Positions 38,901 to 48,295 of a stretch of 64,000 bases of DNA are shown here, in pieces. Each line of letters starts with the position of its first letter. Within the stretch, counting starts at the first letter, position 1. The translations under genes and the position numbers were made by a program. The notes under the pieces are model-generated. The model saw nothing but the letters and a program-made list of their open reading frames with translations. It ran no database searches and was not told where the DNA came from. Source of the DNA: Hormiphora californensis (Eukaryota > Animalia > Ctenophora); assembly GCA_020137815.1 (NCBI GenBank), contig CM035350.1:8246001-8310000 (forward strand), given 5' to 3'.

Positions 38901-40860
38901 TGGTGGCGATCACTAGCATTTTGCCACAATATATTCAATCAAGCCTTGCAGTAAGGTATATGGGAACCTTCTGTAGGGAAGTACATGATTGAGAATGATT
39001 TGACACAGTTCTGACCCACTAAGCCTATGGAAGGCAGAATGGTGCATATACTGTGGTTCAACACACTCTAGCCCACGATCTTCATCTAGTGACAAAGGAA
39101 CGAAAGCTGCAACTGCAGCCAGTCTTATTAGGACGCGTGGTTACCACCCCTAGGTGTTCTGTACGTTACGCAGACTCGGACCTATGTGCCTCCTCCCCTT
39201 AACATGCAACGTCAAATAAGGGAGGATAAGAGGGACAATTAGACAGAATTTAAATTATGCTCAGTATACTGGCGCGGGATATTCTCTTTATGTGCTAGGC
39301 TAATTCTGAACTTGTTTAATTCTTAAACTCATTGATGAGCGGCACGTCTTATAAAGCGACGGTTTCTAACTAAAACATCAATGACTCTATGGTTCAATAT
39401 ATTGAACCCACATTGTGTGCGGGCTCCATGCCAGGGAAAGAGAATGTTCTAATTCCGCGATCTTCATGAATGATTTCACTATCCGGCTGCTATTTAGTCA
39501 TTGTCACCAGACCTGCCACCTGTAATACATGTCCCTCCTAAATTCCGTATTGAGTAAATATTCCAGCCGGATCTCGATCTTGCATGCTTGATCGAGCAGC
39601 GGCGTAGACAAAAACGAGAAAGAGAGAGAATGATATCTAGAGAATAGGAAGAGAGAGAGAGAGAGAGAATTTTCTTTAAAAACGCCCTGCTGTGTGAAGC
39701 TAGTTAGTACCTACCTATTCAGTTTTACTTGATCTTGCTAAGTAGTTGCGTATCACTTTTCAATGGTGTGGATTCGTCTCCCTAAGTTCCTAGAGTGAGT
39801 CGAGAAGTGCATGCAGGAGTCAGGAGCGAATTGGCTGTCTGGCGGTGTCAGTAGGCTCAGATCGGGCAAGTGCCGCCAGACAGAGGGAGAGAGAACAAGG
39901 CTTCGTGTTTACACCGCCGTTTCCACCACCGTTTCTAGATGTGTAGAACGCACATCTAGAAACGGTGGTTATTATGAAACCCATTCTAACACGTCCCTTT
40001 CCTCAGACTACTAAAGGAGCAGCGTCCTGACCTGTTCAACAGCTCCAGTACCCAACACTCCTCCTCTCCCCTACCCTCTGTGGAAGGATCCAGTCAGTCT
40101 GATTTGCTGGGCCCAAATGGAGGCAGGATACAGCGGAACTCTTCTTATTTTAAGAGTTTGCTAATTCTGGCTGCCAAGGATAAAATGGGAAGTAGCCATA
40201 AAAGTGAGAGAGGGACTTTGGAGAAAGGATGTGTTTACCAAAAGGTAAGGAGAACAAAGATTTTTAGAAGGATCTCTGGCAACTTGTATTTCCTGTCAGT
40301 GACCAGTGACCACTGACCACTCTCTTCTTGCTACTAATGTCACTCTCCTTAATCTGTAGGAACCGGAAGGGTCAAGTAGGTACGTCAAGTATAACAGAGA
40401 CAGGACAATATGCTGGAGGCAAAGTAAACAACCCTTCTTTGGCATTGAAAAGATTCCTGTCACACCGGTCAGTTGATTTCTAATTTGTTTGTGAATAAAA
40501 AACCAACGATTCTGCTGTTATTTCGCCACAGTGCTTTGACGTTCGATGATAATTTCGAGTATTTTAGCTTTGAAATTTTGTTAAATTTATAAGTCTGACA
40601 GCTGTTACTAAAGATCATCTCTCTCCGCACTGCAGGTATCTCCACTACAGAAGTTTCACCGCTGGGACGACCTGCTTGCGGGACACTCCGAAATAGCGGC
40701 CCCCTCCAATGTAAAACTGACAATCAAGCCCTTCACGAGACAGGTTCTCAAACACCGACCACCTGCAGCTCCTGTTACTAATGCAGTGCCCCCTAGAGGT
40801 GGTGGTGGTGGTGGTGGGCCAACATCCAACAACAAGGTTGTCATGGACACGTCAGATTGA
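32923..40860 (+). CDS. Orphan protein-coding gene (about 235 aa, at least 4 exons) hosting the nested TE complex in its first visible intron
   Basis: Exons 32923-33059, 40007-40244, 40360-40467, 40636-40860 have good splice sites and join in frame (708 nt). An internal repeat (NGSYFK|LL vs NSSYFKSLL) straddles the first junction. No recognisable domain; further 5' exons are possible. Confidence 0.6.
33232..35947. mobile_element. Non-autonomous foldback DNA transposon with ~770-bp TIRs and a 5-bp TSD (hAT5-like)
   Basis: Termini cagggtctgtcaccagtg...cactggtgacagaccctg. Near-identical inverted arms at 33232-34002 and 35173-35947. TSD acaaa at 33227-33231 and 35948-35952, confirmed by restoration of the LINE reading frame. 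Confidence 0.92.
34401..35163. mobile_element. 763-bp MITE with TA TSD (Tc1/mariner/pogo-like) nested in the foldback spacer
   Basis: TIR gggtaaaccggggcaa...ttgccccggtttaccc flanked by TA at 34399-34400 and 35164-35165. The motif ggggcaattcgaac recurs internally in both orientations. Confidence 0.85.
35884..38745 (-). CDS. LINE ORF: AP endonuclease plus reverse transcriptase; the true C-terminus is displaced to 33226-33100 by an insertion
   Basis: EN motifs GTFNCRTL, LQEHR, VYSPT, AGDFNA, LDYILV, SDHRLL. RT motifs PKKGDL..NYRGISL, QNGFR, DFVKAFD, GVLQGDTLAPYLF, FADD, FKYLGS. Removing 33232-35952 restores ..RGRPKQTFVDVLRRDTGLRETSEIATVMSDRDGWRSVIHGVRKYHTWNPP*. Confidence 0.93.
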   Translation of the reverse strand: MTRFNTRIGTFNCRTLRVKEKLTELVYQFADHGLGIITLQEHRIVHADTVRQIQAGPGETLITSTAWRNGAGASVGGVGVLMRTEYSKLICEIRAVSHRILAITLAGNPKLTVISVYSPTECANVEEVEKFHHDLRDYINTVPAHNLLVVAGDFNARIGWEDSGFGWYLHQHTSRNGELLQETAEETRLEIANVRFRKNKGRLWTFLSDGTGRKATLDYILVRRKWRNSIKDVDTSGALSSIGSDHRLLVARVKVTLRKRKLAPGRPNLDYSALKKDPDLQERFSVEVRNRFAALSSADCADASEKYGDLIQAVEETSKKLLGKKRKRLKDIVAEDFRVKRAREDLESASARYHTSPSEETRSTVNEGKEALTEAYLAVEEEHLDRKIKSVERATRNAKTKESWRLVNEISGRKDKHPIQIEGASPDDRKAKWFSHFQSLLGTEPPDEVDQDIPEVFPRADIYDGPFTEEEFKKAKDRIKEDKAYGNDAIAPEILKRCDIDDLVLTFCNDALSGKGIPEQWTLSNIVPVPKKGDLSQPGNYRGISLTSIVAKTMNRMLLHRIRPYIETVLLDSQNGFREERSTVSHILTIRRLIEGATAKQLPLAVAFLDFVKAFDSINRKRMIKVLRAYGIPGKIVDLIQWMYSNTRAQVLTPDGLTDIFEIVAGVLQGDTLAPYLFIIVLDYCMRTALERHPDIGFTLKPARSRRVRAERVTDTDFADDVALLADSVEDLGVIMREVESVCKEVGLEINRAKTEFMVEGIPDPGPLHSIDGTRIKLSEDFKYLGSWVRDSKRDIKVRKAKAWNACHGLRTVWNSKLNDKIKARLFVATVETVLLYGCESWTLTKDMERSLNGTYTRMLRMALNKNQYLLQMSNATLYGIGNLPILSTKIAERRLRLAGHAVRHPELTLNKVILWEPLHGNSRRGRPKQTFVRVCHQCRIVLKFSAQTTSTK
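39923..39969. repeat. Perfect DNA hairpin (19-bp stem)
   Basis: accaccgtttctagatgtg-tagaacg-cacatctagaaacggtggt. Confidence 0.8.
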
Positions 40861-40992
40861 GAGACACTAGTTGTGAGATATGAAGTGAGTTAATTTGGAG
40901 GATACAAGTCATATCAGTCCGAGAATTGAGAGCAATTAAAAGGAGAAGAGGCTAATTTGTTCTAATTTTACCATCCGCGGGTTTGTCCCTTT

Positions 40993-41390
40993 CTAATCGC
41001 AGATAAGGCCTCGTGCCTTCTCGACAGCGTTGTCCAGGGTTTCAGGGAGACCCAGAAGGTCAATCAGCTCACTCATCGTCACCCCACACACCGTTTCGTA
41101 TCCTGCAATGAGAGGCAGTTATAATCCGGTGTTGCAAGGGTGGTAGTAGGGGGTCGTATAATTGGTATTTATTAGTTGTATATTGATCTATCGAGTATAA
41201 CTACGCTGTGAGGGCGAGGGTTTATAGGGTTGATTTTAAAAACTAGAACGGATGTTATTATCGGGCACTCACCCAGGGTTTTCAGCTTTTCCAGGATCAT
41301 GAAAATGTCGTCCATGATGCCCTCGGGTGCCCCAGAGGCAGCGGCGTAGGAGAGACCCACAAGAGCGGAAAGAGCAATAACAAACCTCAT
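40993..41390 (-). CDS. Small secreted helical peptide, 75 aa, 2 exons
   Basis: Exons 41390-41273 and 41102-40993 (G|GTGAGT ... TTGCAG|G) give MRFVIALSALVGLSYAAASGAPEGIMDDIFMILEKLKTLGYETVCGVTMSELIDLLGLPETLDNAVEKARGLICD*. It has a signal peptide and two Cys, with a TATA box ~50 bp upstream. Confidence 0.8.
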
Positions 41391-41436
41391 TTTAATACGT
41401 GATAGAGAATAGAGAAATATTGGCCACTGCTAGGGG

Positions 41437-41443
41437 TTTTATA
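41437..41443 (-). promoter_or_regulatory. TATA box of the small secreted peptide gene
   Basis: Minus strand ctataaaacc lies about 50 bp upstream of the ATG at 41390. Confidence 0.6.
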
Positions 41444-41693
41444 GAGTGTTGTCAAGTCCACAGGTGCAGTTTTCTGGCCACTCCAAGATTTTCACACCTC
41501 TCATACCTGTTATATCGCTTTGTTTCAAGACATGAAGATTTGATTTGATGAATTTGTTTTGTAAAACAGATCTGGTTTATTGAGTTTTAGTCAGGATCAC
41601 TATTTGTTTAGATCTAGAAATAGAAGTGAAAGTTCTTGACTCATATCTGGCTCGATTATTATATACATGGTCAAAAACTCAATTATTATAGTC

Positions 41694-44600
41694 TGTCAAT
41701 ATGATGTTGGGAAGGTGGACGAATGGAAACACGGTAGATAACGGGTGGTTAACAAAATAGACGGATCAGGTAGTACAACGTTAAGGTAGTTCGATATTGG
41801 GAATCTGACAAAGTGCTTGTCAACTTAAAACTCATTCATTTCACAAGAAGCACGTGCGCGCACTTGAAAGGTGCATTTCAAGTGCGTGCACAAAAGTGTC
41901 ACATACTAATGATCAGTTCGCGCGTTACGTCCGGTAGGCGGTAACAACTGCGACAGTGTGTCCCACAGAACTATACACTCATTCTCATGACACACAGCTC
42001 ATGACACTCCCCTCTATTTCTTTCTCAAAAGGACTTACCGAACTCGAGACCGATGAGGCAATGAACGCCGAGAGGGTTCCAAACCGTGTCAAGGCTAAAA
42101 CTGTCATTTGTCAATGTCGTAACAATACAAGTGAGAGTTAACTGGGAAAAACTAACAATGTGGAAATACTGAGATACGAAAAGGTACATGTTGTCTTTGT
42201 CTGGAAGGAAAATAGAAAACAAAGTCAGTTGTCCGATAAAATATTTAAACTGGAGAAATAAAGTTAAAAAATACAAGTAGGTTGAAAAACACACTAGATC
42301 ATCCTCTCGATCACTCTGGGACTCACTCTTCGCTTTGTGAGTACATCAGCGGGGTTAGACTTCGACTCCACCCAGTTGATGGATGCTTCCCCCTTTTCGA
42401 CCTTCTCTTGAACTTCACGTAGCTCCAAGATGCTTCCCTTATCAGTTGGTACAGCTGAGACGGAGTTTGCCAAACTCACAACTTGTGCGGAGTCTGTGTA
42501 AAGTCTGATGGGAGGGTCAAAAGATAATTCCTGGAGGAGGGCTTTAATCATAACTCCATATCCCAATCCTTCAGATACAGCATACAATTCTGCGGCAAAG
42601 ACGCTCTTCACTACACGTTTTACCTTGCCACACGAGTAGGCGATCAAATTGAAATCAGAGCTGTCTCCCCAGAAAACTACAACTCCTGCTCCGCTCTTTC
42701 TGTCAGCTAGGTTGCCGAGACTGGCATCAGTGTAAACAATTATCTCAGCTGAGGTAGGGTTAAAAGGGGAAAAGGTTATCGTTGAAGGAGAAAGGTTGGT
42801 CACAATCTTCTTCAGTTCTTTGAACTCTTTGCCGGTCCAGGGTGATTTCGTCGTAATGTCAAGGAGACTGAAACTGATCTGTGGCATACTTTGGGTAGCC
42901 AGCCAGTTTAATTTTCCGATCACCGTTCTCATATAGGATTGAAGATTCTCATCAACCTCTTCTTGATTCTGTGGTACCGGTTTAACAGCTTTCATCTTGT
43001 CCAGGATATCCTCTCTGACAAACTTACAATAACGTTCCTGGGTTACACAAATATCAATTCCTTGCTGTTTCAACTGCCATCCCAGGTAGTTGAATTCAGT
43101 TGTTTCAACTCTTCCTATCTTGTAGTTGTCAAGAGCGGGTTTAACTTTCTTGTAGAAGTTGTGATCACCAGTAATAAGAATATCATCCACATGAATCACT
43201 AGTAATCCTTGTAGTTTCCCGTCATCTCCAGTGGTGAAAAATACATTCTTGTCAATTCTTGACATCTGGAGAGTGTTTTTCAAAGTTGCGGTGAGTGACA
43301 TGTACCATCTTCTTCCCGCGTCACCAAGACCGTACAGTGGTTTATTTAGTTTCCACAGTACATCCTTCCTCTTGAGGTAAGCTGGGGGTTTGATGAACAC
43401 ATCTCTTGTCATCTTATCTGACTGCAGGTAGGCACTGGTTACATCAACACTTTTCAGGGTCCAGTTACTGGTAGTTGCCAAACTTAGCAAGATCCTCACT
43501 GCGTGTTTAGTAACAGTCGGTGAGTTAGTCGGGTCCTCGAGTTTTTCCTCAAATCCTCGGGCCACCAGCCTGGCTTTCACTGTGCCATCATCTTTCCGTG
43601 TCATCACCCATCTGGTGGTGACTGGTTGTTGTCCTGTATCGGGTACTTCCTCGAAAACATTGAATTCACGGAGTTTGTCAATCTCCCTATTTCGTGCTGT
43701 CTGCACTTCTTCCTTGCCCAGTTTAGATGCGGCAAGAAGAATGATCTCCTCAGCATCAGAATCGGGATCTGAGTCCTCTGTGTTTTGATCTGGGGTCTTT
43801 GCTGCGTCCTCCGCGGGCTCTGCAACATCCTCTTTTGGCTTTGACGTGTCCTCATTGGAGTCAGTCTTTTCCTCATTGGGTCTGGCGCTGTCCTCTGTGG
43901 GATCTGGCTCTATGTCTCTCTGACCAGGTGTATCCTCAGTATCCGGGCTGGTTTCACTTTCAGGAACTCTCACAACAACAGGTCCACTTGTTGTGGCCTC
44001 ATCCTCCTGCTGGTCCTCGGTTGGGACGGCTATCTCTGCATAAGTAGGTTCTCTGGGAACTTCTTCAATGTTACTCTCACTGTGTCCATCTTGTGGAGTG
44101 TCCTCTTCGGGATCTGTTTCACTAGGGATGAGTAATTCATCTGCAGGATGCTCTGGTGGGGGGGTTTGTCGTCTGTTGTGCCGGAGATTGTATTTTCTGG
44201 TCGGTTCACGGACTGTCTTCTTTGGACGCCTGACTCTGCTAGCCTTCGGTGGCTGCAATTTAGATTTCTCTATCGGTTCCGGGACATCTTCATCAGTCGT
44301 CACTTCCGGTGCAGTCTGCATCTCGGGGACGTGTCTCTTGGAACTTGATTCCTCGTTTCGTTTGTACTCCTCTTTCCGTTGTTGGTCCTCTGGGGGTTCT
44401 TGTCTTTGTTGTACCAGTCTCACTTTGCATGGGTGTGCTCTTAGTAGTTGCCCGCCGTGTTTAATCAGTACTTGGTTCTCAGTCATTCCAACTACAGTTG
44501 CAGGTCCCAACCAGGTCTTGTGTTGCTCACGTTTATAATACACCTTATCTCCCTGGACGTAGGTGGTCTGATCCTGTGTTGGTCCTGAACTTGCTAGAGC

Positions 44601-46952
44601 TCTCTTTAATCTGCTTGCATTCTCGAGTTGGATGAATTTCTCCCTGGCGGTCTTCATGGCTTTGATATTGTCTGAAATCACTTGGTCCTCACTCTTCTGG
44701 TCTCCATGGGCAGGTAAACAATCATCGTTCAGTACACTGGGGAAGGTAGGATTGCTCCCAAACACGAGTTGGTGTGGTGAGAATCCCATCTGGTTAGTCA
44801 ACTGGTTCTTCGCATTCGAAGCCCAAGCACAAGCTACAGTTATACTGCACTTCGTGTCATCTTTGGTCTTCTCAACCATCTTTCCAAGAATACTGTTATG
44901 TCTCTCACAGATCCCATTGCACCAAGGACTTTCTGCTGGAGTAGACTTTAATTCGATTCCAAGTCTGCTCGCCATCTCAAGTAGGGTATCATTGATGAAC
45001 TCGCCACCGTTGTCGCTGAGAATTCTCTGTGGACGTCCAAAAATGCTAATCCAGCTGGTGAAGAACTTCTGGGTGATCTCAGTTCCAGTTTTTGATTTCA
45101 CGGGGACCATTACACTGTATCTGGTCAGTGTGTCAATGATGTGAAGTACCCAGCATGATTCTCCAGACTTGAACTTCAGCATCTTGAGATCCATAGCGAG
45201 ACATTCGTTGAATGTTTTACTGAGAGGTAAAGCTACTTTCCTCCTTGGTTTGGATGCACTGTGTTCGAGACAGTTTTCACATTCCTGTGTGACCCTGGTG
45301 AGTTCTTGACAAATCTCAGACTTTCGAGGGTGATCCGAGGATTTAACAATATCCTGGATCTTGGAGACTGAACCATGAGCAAAGTATTTGTGGAGTTTCT
45401 TGGCAATTGCTGGAGGAGAGATCCCTGAACAAGAATTAGTTAACAAAGTAGTGGGTGAAAGCTTCTTATTAAGGTCAATTGTCACATGTCCAGTGTCAGT
45501 AAGATGTAATGTAGTTGTCTTACCCGAGACACGGAGTTGATCCCTCTCAAAGTCAATCACTGCACCCATCTGACTCAATAAGTGCCTGGATAGGAGAAGG
45601 GGAATGTTAATATCAAGAACATATACCGCAAACTCAGTAAACTTCACACCAAAAATATCAGTTGGGATATAAGCAATCATAGTAGAGTTAACTCCTGATA
45701 AATCACCAAATGTAAATCTTCTCTGTTCACATGATTCTCTTCTCACTCGAATACACGACTCTTTCTCAAAATTCTTCAACCAATCACTGCCACACACACT
45801 TTTAGCGGCGCCAGTATCAAGCAACGCACGAAGTCCCACTTGCTCAGATAATGACAAGACATAGTCCGTTTCAACGCTCATCTTGTACACTCCTGTGGCA
45901 TCGCCACTCTGACCTCGTCGACCCCCAGATCCACGCTGACCACGTCCTCCACCACGTTTTCCCCGTACGGCACCACGCCGATTGTAACACTCAGAGGCAA
46001 TGTGACCAGTCTTCTTACAATTGTAACAGACAACTAGAGTCAATGTTTCAGAGGTTTGATCGGTTTCAGCAGCTGAGGGTAGGGTCTCCCCATACGCCCT
46101 CTTCATCTGTGTGATCATGCATTCCAGACTGATTTCAACACAGGTAGCTCTGAGGAGTCGTTTCTGTTCATCGGAGATGTTAGATTGTTCCAAAAGTCTG
46201 TAGGCTAACACTTGTGATCCATAGAGTTTGTGATGGTCATCGACTCCAGCCTGCTGTCGGAGCTCCCCAAGTCGGGTGGAAAACTCTGATATAAAATCTG
46301 ACATGTTCTGATTTGCTGGTCTGATAAAGTTCTCAAAAGCTTCAATGGCGGAAAAGAGTGAAACAGTTTTGTCTCTGCCGAACACTTTCTGAATGGCGTC
46401 GAGGAGAATTTTAACACCGTTCTCAGACTTGAGCTGCTCGGTGGGTACGCCTAGGGCTACTTCCTTAGCACGTCCCTTCATTTGGAGAGCTAACCGGGCC
46501 GCCTGTTTCTCCTTGGGGCAGCCAGTACCTAACAGCCAGATGTCGACCTCACGGCGATAAGTCTCAAAGTTCGTTTGGTTATCAAAGACCGGGGCATGAA
46601 TGTCGGATGGCATAATGTCGTCAGCTTCACTGCTACCACTGTCAATATGATGTTGGGAAGGTGGACGAATGGAAACACGGTAGATAACGGGTGGTTAACA
46701 AAATAGACGGATCAGGTAGTACAACGTTAAGGTAGTTCGATATTGGGAATCTGACAAAGTTCTTGTCAACTTAAAACTCATTCATTTCACAAGAAGCACG
46801 TGCGCGCACTTGAAAGGTGCATTTCAAGTGCGTGCACAAAAGTGTCACATACTAATGATCAGTTCGCGCGTTACGTCCGGTAGGCGGTAACAACTGCGAC
46901 AGTGTGTCCCACAGAACTATACACTCATTCTCATGACACACAGCTCATGACA
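41694..46952 (-). mobile_element. Intact Ty1/Copia LTR retrotransposon (GalEa-like)
   Basis: 313-bp LTRs (41694-42006 and 46640-46952; TG...CA) with one mismatch seen. 5-bp TSD tagtc (41689-41693, 46953-46957). PBS tggtagcag (tRNA-Met-like) after the 5' LTR and PPT gagaaagaaatagaggggag before the 3' LTR. Confidence 0.96.
42294..46613 (-). CDS. Copia gag-pol polyprotein (Gag zinc knuckle, protease, integrase, RT, RNase H)
   Basis: CYNCKKTGHIASEC; LLDTGA; H..H..CENC followed by D..SDNGGEF..ERHN; KARLVARGFEE and HVDD; YTDAS..AAE..TDS..NPADVLTK. The PR-IN-RT-RH order is diagnostic of Copia. Confidence 0.96.
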   Translation of the reverse strand: MPSDIHAPVFDNQTNFETYRREVDIWLLGTGCPKEKQAARLALQMKGRAKEVALGVPTEQLKSENGVKILLDAIQKVFGRDKTVSLFSAIEAFENFIRPANQNMSDFISEFSTRLGELRQQAGVDDHHKLYGSQVLAYRLLEQSNISDEQKRLLRATCVEISLECMITQMKRAYGETLPSAAETDQTSETLTLVVCYNCKKTGHIASECYNRRGAVRGKRGGGRGQRGSGGRRGQSGDATGVYKMSVETDYVLSLSEQVGLRALLDTGAAKSVCGSDWLKNFEKESCIRVRRESCEQRRFTFGDLSGVNSTMIAYIPTDIFGVKFTEFAVYVLDINIPLLLSRHLLSQMGAVIDFERDQLRVSGKTTTLHLTDTGHVTIDLNKKLSPTTLLTNSCSGISPPAIAKKLHKYFAHGSVSKIQDIVKSSDHPRKSEICQELTRVTQECENCLEHSASKPRRKVALPLSKTFNECLAMDLKMLKFKSGESCWVLHIIDTLTRYSVMVPVKSKTGTEITQKFFTSWISIFGRPQRILSDNGGEFINDTLLEMASRLGIELKSTPAESPWCNGICERHNSILGKMVEKTKDDTKCSITVACAWASNAKNQLTNQMGFSPHQLVFGSNPTFPSVLNDDCLPAHGDQKSEDQVISDNIKAMKTAREKFIQLENASRLKRALASSGPTQDQTTYVQGDKVYYKREQHKTWLGPATVVGMTENQVLIKHGGQLLRAHPCKVRLVQQRQEPPEDQQRKEEYKRNEESSSKRHVPEMQTAPEVTTDEDVPEPIEKSKLQPPKASRVRRPKKTVREPTRKYNLRHNRRQTPPPEHPADELLIPSETDPEEDTPQDGHSESNIEEVPREPTYAEIAVPTEDQQEDEATTSGPVVVRVPESETSPDTEDTPGQRDIEPDPTEDSARPNEEKTDSNEDTSKPKEDVAEPAEDAAKTPDQNTEDSDPDSDAEEIILLAASKLGKEEVQTARNREIDKLREFNVFEEVPDTGQQPVTTRWVMTRKDDGTVKARLVARGFEEKLEDPTNSPTVTKHAVRILLSLATTSNWTLKSVDVTSAYLQSDKMTRDVFIKPPAYLKRKDVLWKLNKPLYGLGDAGRRWYMSLTATLKNTLQMSRIDKNVFFTTGDDGKLQGLLVIHVDDILITGDHNFYKKVKPALDNYKIGRVETTEFNYLGWQLKQQGIDICVTQERYCKFVREDILDKMKAVKPVPQNQEEVDENLQSYMRTVIGKLNWLATQSMPQISFSLLDITTKSPWTGKEFKELKKIVTNLSPSTITFSPFNPTSAEIIVYTDASLGNLADRKSGAGVVVFWGDSSDFNLIAYSCGKVKRVVKSVFAAELYAVSEGLGYGVMIKALLQELSFDPPIRLYTDSAQVVSLANSVSAVPTDKGSILELREVQEKVEKGEASINWVESKSNPADVLTKRRVSPRVIERMI

Positions 46953-47498
46953 TAGTCAATTATAAGACATGAACAACTACAAGTTCAAATCTGAATCTGA
47001 TCCAATCGGATAGTAGTAGTACGAATGGGAATTATGCTATTCTGTGCTATTTTTGGCTGTCATTTTGTTTTTCCCGTTATATTTTCGCCATGTTAATTAA
47101 AATCAATAATTGAGAGTTTGAATTTTTGTTTTCCGATTCTATTAATTAAACCAATGATTTGGTGCCGGTTGAACTGGCATTTCCAGTGGAAATGCCAAAT
47201 GACCAAATCTGCAGCGATCCGTAATGAGATAAAAATGTCAGAGGCCTCCAGGAGTCTAGGAACAAGAGAAAAACATGTGGCTCACCACGTCCACAATGAG
47301 ACGGAAATACAGGAAATGCAAGGATAGTTTTGATTTGGCGCGAATAATTTGTTTTTACTACGCCAAATAGTGACGCGCAAATCGATCGCGCGCGAGACGA
47401 TCAATTGCAATTAAATGCAATATGAATTTCGTTTCAAAAATCTCGAAAAACATTTTTCGCTTCGAGTGGTTTTTTCATTTTTGGCTTTGATTATTAAA

Positions 47499-48295
47499 TC
47501 TTATTAAAGCTTTGAGTGGTGGATTGTGAAGCCACTCTTGTTGTGTCCCTCTCCCATATTCTCCGTGTGCCAACACAACACTATAATGGTACACCCGCAC
47601 AGTCGTGTTCCTCTCATTTTCGCTTCGAAAACTTGAGGATTCGCGTTGAAAAGCGCTGCCTTATCCCGCGCCAGAAATGAAACGGGGACAATCCATATCA
47701 TACTACTTACTAAGCAAATTGTGTAACGGAGGTCACCTAGCAACTACACTTGCACGTGCAATTATTAGAGGGACCTGGAGATCTCTCTCCCGGTTGCAGT
47801 TGGGTACCAAGGGGAAATTCGATTCTGCACGTGCATTCTTTTACTTCTGTCCTGATGAGTGATGTCTAGCCCTTCCACCCCAAGCGCTATTCGGCAACGT
47901 TTATCTAGGTCCAGGAGAACTGCTGCTGTCAGGGAGCAGGCTAGAGAATATGACAGATTACGCCAACGTGTTCAAGCGAGCCAATCAACGACTACGGATA
48001 GCTTTACCCAACGTCGCCCAAGGGTGATTACTCCAGTCGAATATAGAAATCTCTGAATCGGCTACATAGCGGCCAAGTTTTCACGTGATGAGTTTCTGGA
48101 ACAGCACTGTACCTCCATGACATTGATCTCTTAAATTCGCACCTTGACATTGTCAGGAAGCTCAGAGCGTACAACAACATGGGTAGCGAGAAAGTGAGAG
48201 ATAGGCTAGGAACGGATGGTGCAGGAGATGTCAGCGTTCCCTAATCCAGCTACCATTTCCCCGAAATTCGCCCGTAGGGCGAACGGGCCTACTAG
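47499..48295 (+). mobile_element. Non-autonomous Helitron-like element
   Basis: The 3' end has hairpin gcccgt-agggcga-acgggc followed by CTAG|T. Candidate 5' end A|TCTTATTAAAGC is tentative. Confidence 0.55.

Larger units (their letters stand above)
33082..39236 (-). mobile_element. RTE-type non-LTR retrotransposon (LINE), near full length, interrupted near its 3' end
   Basis: APE+RT ORF at 38745-35948 resumes at 33226 after the insertion. The 3' tail is a (GTCAAGTAA)n tandem repeat. Candidate TSD aattagac at 33074-33081 and 39237-39244; the 5' boundary is tentative. Confidence 0.85.
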
